64,000 nucleotides of DNA from positions 14,012,001 to 14,076,000 of the forward strand of contig CM114271.1 in assembly GCA_050084515.1 (NCBI GenBank). The letters are read 5' to 3'. The DNA is from Blasia pusilla. Taxonomy: Eukaryota. A model generated the notes under the pieces. The model made no database searches. It was not told where the DNA came from and saw nothing but the letters and a program-made list of their open reading frames with translations. This document shows positions 56,000 through 64,000 of this stretch, piece after piece. Numbering within the stretch: position 1 is the stretch's first letter; every line of letters starts with the position of its first letter. The translations under genes and the position numbers were made by a program.

Positions 56000-58110
56000 T
56001 AGCGGGCATCTCCGCCATCGTAGCAGCCGCAGCCTGCCATGAATATAACGTGGATGGCCCGAGCATCCGCTCCAAGCGTAGGTACATCACCTCCTCTCAC
56101 CTCAGAACGTGATGTAGGAACTCCAACTCCATGCTCACATAGCGTAGCGGCCAGCCCAAAGACCTCGGCGGGCATACCTCCCAACGTCATAACATCAGAA
56201 GCAAAAAATAAAGGAGCGCGGTACACAACGGTGGACGCCCCCAATAACGTGCTCGACGCATGCCCCTCTTGAGCATCAACAATAGGAGTCATCGCACTCG
56301 ATTCTCCTATCGCCCTCGGTGCTTGGACACCAACAACATCACCAACTCTCCAGGAACTCTGATCAGGACCCATCGATGGGGTCCTCATCGCCTCGGACAA
56401 CGTGAAAGACTAAGGAAGCCTAGTCTGTTTGTTGGCTTCCCCTTGCTGTGGATCCAACTCTGTGGCTGCTCCACACATCACAACTACGGCGGCCTCCACT
56501 TGGGCAACCCCACACATCTAACCAGGATCCTCCATATGTTTGGAAGCTCCATATGATGTCGATGCCACGGATCCGGCATCGGGTAATGCCATAGCGAAAA
56601 TCTGCTCATGTGGTTGATATATCTAAGCAACCATCCTAGCCTCACGCCTGACATCTTCCTCGACGCGTCTAGGTGGTGGGACTCTACTTCCTCCACGGGC
56701 AGCTCCATCACCCTGTCCAAAAACTCCAGCTCCTCGTCCACCAACGGGGCTATCTGGTGCACGATCTCTTGACCCACCTGGACCGGCTACTTGTTGTGCT
56801 GCCCTCTCTGGCCCTCCGTCGGGACGTAACTCAGGATGTAAACTGAAACACCTGGCACGTGTATGAACATACCTTTGACAATAGTCACATTGATAACCTC
56901 CTGGTTCAGCACCATCTCCTCCTCCATGCTGAGGCACACGTCCATGACCCTGAAGGGTGCAATCACGCTGACGATGGGCTCCACCACATGACCAACAAGT
57001 AATCGTAGGCAGCTGCTGCTGAGCCGCATATGAAGGTGCAGGTCTCTGTGGCACGACCTTTCGATATCCTCTGTGAGCTTGTGGTGCCACAGTCAACCTA
57101 TCTCAGAGTCCACGTTGCTGCACAGGTGGTGTAGACAATCGTGACTACTCTCGCCCAGAACCCATGATGGCTACGCTCTCCTCCGCCATGTTGCGCTCAA
57201 TGTTCTTGGCGGTCCTAAAACCATCTCTCAACGTAGGGGAGGTGTTCATAAGAAGCACCCCTCTCGTATCTGTCTCCGCAAGGTCCAGTCCAACATCGCA
57301 TACCATGACTAGATAGCCTAAGCCTCTGTCAACCCCTGAGTGACGTTGATCAACCGGCGCAAGCGAGTGTAAGCCTCACACAAACTCTCATCCGGGTGCC
57401 TCTGGAAGTTGTGGATGCTCCGCAACTTCTCCGTCCATACACCCTGGTAGCTCATCCTCAACTCAACGAAGAACTCAACCACGGGGTTGAATCTGGGACG
57501 AACCCGACTAGATGGTGCAACTGCTCCAATGCGAGTGAACCCTCCTAAAACATCACTAGTGGAAGAGGAAGTAGCCTCTCTTGACTCCTCCTCCTCATCT
57601 GGGAACCGCTCTGTCCATGACACATAGTGTGGGTCATAGTAGAGTCGCCATGCCTCAATCTCCTAAGCATATCTATGGGAGAACTCATGCTAATCGTCCA
57701 TGGGCGCCCCCTCTAAATGCTCAAACATATTATTCCATGTTGTAAACGGGTTGAACTCTCTAGAGTTCCAAGCCCGCTATGAGTCACACCAACTCCTAAA
57801 CTCCGCAATGAAGTCGTGTAGCTCTATAGTGCCTATAGCACCCGAAAACCTATGCGGTCCTCTACCCCGGTCGTCTATCTCGTATGCCCAACTGGTAGGA
57901 CCACTCAATGTGTAGGGTGGATCACTAACATGCTCCTCTAAATGCTCCCCCTGGTCTGAAGACAACAGAGAAGGAGATTGAGGTGGTCTCTCACGTGGAG
58001 ACCCTTGAAACCTCGTACCACTCCGGGTAAACCCTTCATAGCTACTCTCAGGTCCACTACCTCGCCTCTCAAAATCCCGAAAGGGATGCGTGATGGCCCT
58101 CGTGCCCCTC
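56000..58110 (-). pseudogene. Gag-like region with two zinc knuckles (copy C)
   Basis: CWSCGGAHRQRDC and CDYCQRYVHTRARC, plus a retrotransposon-gag-like FQRHPDESLCEAYTRLRRL segment; frameshifted. Confidence 0.75.
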
Positions 58111-58194
58111 TCACAAGATCACTCTCCATCTCACGAGTAACCCCTCAATCACTCAAACTAAACATGCGGCACTCAATTTACACTTTCTCACTGA

Positions 58195-58506
58195 TGTGGA
58201 AAACTGCTAAACAAGCATGACTTGTGGAAAACGGCTCTCACAAACACACACCACTATGGAGAACAAAATTTGCAATGAGAGAATGATTGGAGGCTGGTCC
58301 TCTTCTCAATTATATAGGGTATGTACAAGCAACCCTTACCCTATCCTTAACCATAGTCTTGAGTTAGCCTAATTGTGATTAACTAACCCTAGTTAAGATA
58401 ATCGTGCTTAACTGACTAACCAAGATTAAGCTTCCCTACTTCGTGTGAGTGCCAAATGTAGCAGTTCAGGTGTCTTATGAGCTTGACTGTAACTCAATCT
58501 TCAATA
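58195..58506 (-). repeat. Copia 3' LTR
   Basis: Direct repeat of 63155-63466, about 15 substitutions by manual count. Confidence 0.95.
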
Positions 58507-61500
58507 CTCCCCCTCAAGCTAATATCGATATCTCTAACGCCTAAATCCTTTCTAAACATCTCAAACTTATCTCTAGACAATGCCTTTGTAAACATGTCAG
58601 CAATTTGCTGATCTGTACCTATATACACAAGATCAATTTCTCCTGCAAGCACTTTCTCTCTGATAAAATGATAGTGCACCTCAACATGCTTTGTACAAGC
58701 ATGAAACAGAGGGTTATTAGCAAGCTTGATGCTACTAATATTGTCTCCATATATTACACTAGGTTCTAAGTTACTAACACCAATCTCAACAAGTAATCGA
58801 TGAAGACACACCGCCTCACATGCTGCATTGGTTGCTCTCCTATACTCAGCCTCTGTTGAAGATAAAGCAACTGTAGGTTGCTTCTTTGAAGCCCAACTTA
58901 TAGCTGCACTTCCCAAAGTAAATGAATAACCGGATGTGGAGTGTCGATCAGACACGCTTCTTGCCCAATCAGCATATGTGAATCCCTGTAATTAGAAACT
59001 TGGAGAAGGTTCAAATTGAAGCCCGAATTGAATAGAGAATTTCACATACCGCATAATCCTCCTCACAGCATCAAGGTGAGGTTTTTGAAGTGCTTGCATA
59101 AACTGGCTCACTAGGCCAACAACATAGCTCAAATCTGGTCTGGTTATAGTTAGATAGATCGAACTTCCAACCATGCACATATACATATTAGAATCTGCAA
59201 GCAGCTCTCCTTCATCCACTCTTAACTTCACGCTCTAATCCAACGGTGTAGAGATTGGCTTACAAGCTGTCATACCATATTTTGAAAGCATATGAAGAGC
59301 ATATTGTCATTGTAGTAACCACATGCTCTCTCCAACCTTGATAAACTCAATACCAAGGAAGTACTTGAGTTCTCTCAAGTCCTTCATATCAAATTGTGCT
59401 TGTAACTTAAGCTTGACTTGTTGAACCATTTCTTAAGTACTCCCAGTAATCAAGAGATCATCAACATACAACATAGTGAGAACTGTATGATCTTGTCCTC
59501 TCAAGACATATAACGAGGAGTCAGAATCACATACCCTAAAATCCAACTCTTGTAGGACGTATGTAATCTTGCCATACCAAGCTCTTGGAGCTTGTTTGAG
59601 CCCGTATAGAGCTTTCTTCAACCTGCATACGCGAAATGGAAACTTGGGATGCTCGTATCCATGTGGTTGAGTCATATATACCTCCTCACATAGATCTCCA
59701 TTCAAGAAGACATTCTTGACGTCCATGTGATGTAATCTCCACTTCTTACTTACTGCAACTGCAACCACGATTCTCGTAGTCGCCATCTTTGCAACAGGGC
59801 TAAATTTTTCCTCATAATCGATACCATATTGTTGTGCATAGCCCTTAGCCATCAATCTCGCTTTGTATCTGTTAATTGTACCATCTTGATTGCGCTTGAT
59901 TTTGTAAACTCATTTGCAACCAATAGCTTCCTTACCGGAAGGTATATCAACCAGCTCCCATGTTTATTGATGTCTTAATGCACCAAGCTCTTCCTCCATA
60001 GCTTCAATCCATTCGGCTTTACTCGCAGCTTCTTCAAAACAACTCGGCTCCTGCTCTTGAAGGTTAGTCATCATATATGCATGATGTGTCGTAAGGAAAC
60101 CTTCATTTATGAATCTATGAACTGGATGTGTAACTCTACTTCATCTACGAAGTTGTTGTTCAGAGGTAGATGTCTCTGACACCTGACTCGAGCTCTGACT
60201 AGTGTTAACAGACTGAATATGTACTCTTCCCGTCCATGGACTCACAGATTTAATGGATGAATCTAGAACCTCTCCTAATCCTACACTAGTACTTGGGGAA
60301 GTTGAAGACAATGTCTGTTGGTTTTTAGTCATATTCTCCCCCTCAAAAGACAAGTTTAGAGGTGGAATAGGCTCAGATGGAGCATACCATGACTTTAGCT
60401 CATCAAAGACAACATCCCGACTAATAATAATCTGCCTAGAGGATGGAATATAGCACTTATATCCCTTAGTTCCATCAGCATATCCAATGAAGATATATCT
60501 TTCAGACTTGGGGTCTAATTTCTGACGTCTCTCAGAAGGAATATGAGCATAATAGATACAGCCAAATACTTTCAAGAAGGAAAAATCAGGTTTACTTCCT
60601 GTGAAGACTTCGAATGGAGTTTTATCATGAACTCTTGCTGTTGGAGTTTGGTTGATTAAGAAGACTGCACATGCTATAGCCTTTGCCCAATACACCTTAG
60701 GCATGTTCTTCTCATTCAACATAGCTCGTGCCGCTTCAGTTATATGTCGATTTTTCCTCTCAGCCACTCCATTTTGTTGTGGAGTATAGCGGAAAGTCAC
60801 TTGACGTTGGATAATATTTTGACGTAAATAGTCATCAAACTCTGTTGAAAGATACTCTCCTCCTCCATCACAACGCAATTTCACAATGTGTTGTCCACTC
60901 TGCTTCTCTATTAGAACTCTGAATGTTTGGAACACTGAGAATCCCTCTGACTTGGCTTTCAAAAAATATACCCATATATACCTAGAGAAGTCATCAATAA
61001 ATGAAACAAAGTACTGGCAACCACTAAGGCTCTATTGTGATGCTGTCCACAGATCACTGTGGATCAACTCCAATATCTTGGATGCTCTTCTACCTTGCTT
61101 TGGAAAAGGAAATCTAGCTTGTTTTCCAAATTGGCAAGCATGACATACCTCTAACATAGCAGGACTCGCTAATTTAGGGAGTCCTATTACTATATTAGAT
61201 GATGAAAGACTCTGTAATCTTTGAAGATTCATATGTCCAATTTTTTTATGCCACACATTTAGATCTGTGACTTGTTGGTCGGTTTGACCATACATTGATG
61301 TTTGAATCTCTGGCATAGAAACATCTAATTTGAATATTCTGCCAGATCTAGTTCCTTTGGCTATCGTAGTCTGGTCATCCATTGTTTCAATGAAACAACC
61401 ATTTGCGTTAAACTTCACTTGATAACCCTGTTCTACTATTTGTCCTACAGAGATAAGATTTCTTGCGATGGTAGGAACATAGAGAACATTTCCAAGAGCA

Positions 61501-62693
61501 CAAAGACCATCTAATGTTATTGGAACTTTACTGGTATGCGTGCTATGATGTTGAGTGTCATCTCCTGTGAGCACAATTGCAGGATCTTTCACCGGCTCTA
61601 AACTATTGAACCATTTCGCTTGTGAGGTCATGTGATTTGATGCACCGGAGTCAATGTACCAATCTCTTATCGAGTCTTTCTTAACCATTGCTCCTATATG
61701 ATGAGTCATGACCAAGAGATGCTCCGTTTGTGAATGTTGCTGTTCTTGGTACTGCTCTTGGTGTTGTTGCTCCACATAGTTTTGTTGTTGTAAGGCTCCT
61801 ATTCTCATATCTGCCTTCTTCTTGAAGCAAAACTTTGCATAGTGACCCTTTATTCCACAGTAATTGCAAGATCCAGAGACTCTCTACTGTTGACCTCAAC
61901 ACCAACGATTTCCACCATCACCACCACGTGATTGTGTTTGGTACTGATTCGTAGTTGATTGAGTGACATTATATTGAGTGCCTCTTCCTCCATATGCTTG
62001 ATATCCACCACGATCACGGAAGTTTCTGCCACGATCCCTGCCTTTTTTTGATCCATAACCTGCAAATAACGCACTCTCTTGCAGACTAGACGAGCTTCTG
62101 CTACCTACTAGGCGCATCTCTTTATTGATCAACACACGAACTAACTCTTGAAAGGTTGGATACTTCTCTCTCACAGAGAAAGAGGTCTCAAAGGACTTGT
62201 AATCTTTTGGAAGGCCTTGAAGAGTGAATAAGATCAGATCATCATCTTCTACTGTCACTCCAATACTATTCAACTAATCAACAATATGTCTGATACTCAA
62301 AATATAATCATTGATGCTCTGCAATCCTTTCCTCACTTCGTTCAAGTGCTGTTTTGATTGAAGCTTTTTGGCCTTTGTCGATGTCTGGAACAACTTTTCC
62401 AATGCATCCGAGGCCTCCTTTGGAGAATCAACATCTTGGATGTGACCTATCATTGGCGAACTAATCGTTATTGAAATGTAGTGGATTACTTGCCTTGTGC
62501 TTTTGTTCCAAGCGCGAACATTCAAGTCTGTTGAGTCACCTTCTGGCTTGGCCTCATCACCTGTGACAAGCTCCCATAGTTCTTGACCCATAAGAAATTC
62601 TTTCATGCAAAACTTCCAGACATTGTAATTTTGCTTGTTTAGCTTCTCGTCTGTGATTGCTGCTGAGGAATACTCCATGATAAACAATTTCAC
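58494..62693 (-). pseudogene. Copia gag-pol polyprotein with stops and frameshifts
   Basis: ORF pieces: LNKQNYNVWK, LRCDGGGEY, TPQQNGVAERKNR, HMDVKNVFLNG, LKKALYGLKQAPRAWY, ALSSTEAEY, KHVEVHYHFIRE. Confidence 0.95.
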
Positions 62694-63154
62694 TCACAAA
62701 AAATGTAATTTCAGGTTTTCTACTATTCCAATTGAAGCATAGACCACTCCTACATAGAAATTGACCTGAAATTTTCCAAAATTGATCAACTGTATGAAAG
62801 AACTAGTCGAAATTGGCTTGTAGAGAGCAAACTACACAACTTTTCTTCACTAATTGCACTTTCCTACATTGAAATTGCTGCTGCAGGAGCTCAGAGTGTC
62901 AAAATTGAGAGATTTTGGATGCGTTGGAAATCTCTCGATGAGCTCTACAAGATGGATAGAACAAGCTAGATCCGTCTTGATAGAACAAGCCTTCGGCTTG
63001 TTCTATCATCATCAAAGCTCCACTTGAAATTTGCATCCACTAAGCTCTGAATAAAATTTCCTTCTCCCAAACTGAAATTGTGCCTTCTCTTGCCTCTCTT
63101 CTCTCTTCAAACACTAAGAATTTCAAGTGATGTTCTCCTCCTGCTCTGATACCA

Positions 63155-63466
63155 TGTGGAAAACTGCTAAACAAGCAGAACTGGTGGAAAACGGCTCTCA
63201 CAAATACACACCACCATGGAGAACGAAATTTGCAATGAGAGAATGATTGGAGGCTAGTACTCTTCTTAATTATATAGGGTATGTACAAGCAACCCTAATC
63301 CTATCCTTAACCATAGTCTTGAGTTAGCCTTACTATGATTAACTAACCCTAGTTAAGATAATCGTGCTTAACTGACTAACCAAGATTAAGCTTCCCTACT
63401 TCGTGTGAGTGCCAAATGTAGCAGTTCAGGTGTCTCATGAGCTTGACTGTAACTCAATCTTCAATA
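63155..63466 (-). repeat. Copia 5' LTR
   Basis: Followed on the minus strand by the tRNA-iMet PBS TGGTATCAGAGC. Confidence 0.95.
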
Positions 63467-64000
63467 ATTGAGACGTGTGCTCTACGTCAACAAGCAGCGT
63501 GGTGCGACAAATCACTTATCTATCGTCTCATCGACAAACCATCCTCAACTCTAGACATCCCACATAGGTCTATGTCCCCTAGACCCATACATCATCGATG
63601 CTCCTAGCATGAGCACAAAACCAAATATCCCAAATAACTTCCCAATATCCAAAAATCCCTCACACGTGTAGGGTAAGAGACAAGAATGGATAACCTGACA
63701 ATAATATTGATGTCGCTCCTTGGCAATTGCAAATCTTGACCCCAACTCAATCATCAAGATAACTCCTTCAACCAGCAAGTCGTACTCCTCTCATACTAAC
63801 GCTGCTCAAACCTCCTCAATGTGCGGTGTAGGTCCAACGATCCGGTGCGGCACTGGCAGCATGAAACGGCTACAAATGGCACGGCACTCGGGAATCGGGT
63901 GCGGCACTCGACGGCATACCCTCCTCAATCAGAAATTCACACGCTCTGCTCCTTACTGAAGGAGCGGCTCCGCGATCGAGACAGTGCAGTGCGGCCACGA

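Larger units (their letters stand above)
58195..63466 (-). mobile_element. Full-length Ty1/Copia LTR retrotransposon (decayed ORF)
   Basis: 312-bp LTRs at 58195-58506 and 63155-63466, PBS TGGTATCAGAGC (63154-63143), PPT GAGGGGGAG next to 58506, TSD ACTGA/ATTGA. Domain order gag-PR(WYIDSGASNHM)-INT-RT(YVDDLL)-RH. Confidence 0.95.
50116..64000 (-). mobile_element. DNMT-carrying retroelement copy C (most complete coding region; 5' end lies beyond the window; Copia inserted in its leader)
   Basis: Leader 64000-63467, gag ~58110-56000, protease region partly deleted, DNMT, RT, RNaseH, integrase, PHD, CTAGGGGGG, B1 50888-50764, A2 50761-50244, B2 50243-50116. Confidence 0.9.

Noticed and set aside
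50116-58110. Classification as a DIRS/PAT/Ngaro tyrosine-recombinase element
   Set aside because: Despite the split repeats it has an aspartic protease, gypsy-like RT and HHCC-DDE integrase, and I see no tyrosine-recombinase motif. The MTase is C5-type, not the DAM-like type known from DIRS.

Overview
Eukaryotic plant nuclear DNA with spliceosomal introns, plastid-type AlaRS and plant TE families; a non-seed land plant such as a bryophyte is plausible but is my inference. There are two host genes: an organellar alanyl-tRNA synthetase (minus strand, runs off the left edge) and a ~13-exon BTB/POZ-BACK-discoidin gene like Arabidopsis At2g30600 (31912-39618). The rest is nested transposons: a Helitron, Harbinger and CACTA remnants, a full-length Copia, and four decayed copies (A-D) of an unusual Ty3/gypsy-type retroelement. 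That element's polyprotein reads Gag(2xCCHC)-protease-C5 cytosine DNA methyltransferase (DNMT3-like)-RT-RNaseH-DDE integrase-PHD finger. Instead of two ordinary LTRs it has split direct repeats (A1...B1-A2-B2), with no tRNA PBS that I can see. A second, diverged family shows the same terminal layout. A ~1.25 kb TG...CA element has inserted three times, always into these copies, at NCGT-type sites. All coordinates and alignments were read by eye, and no database search was possible.
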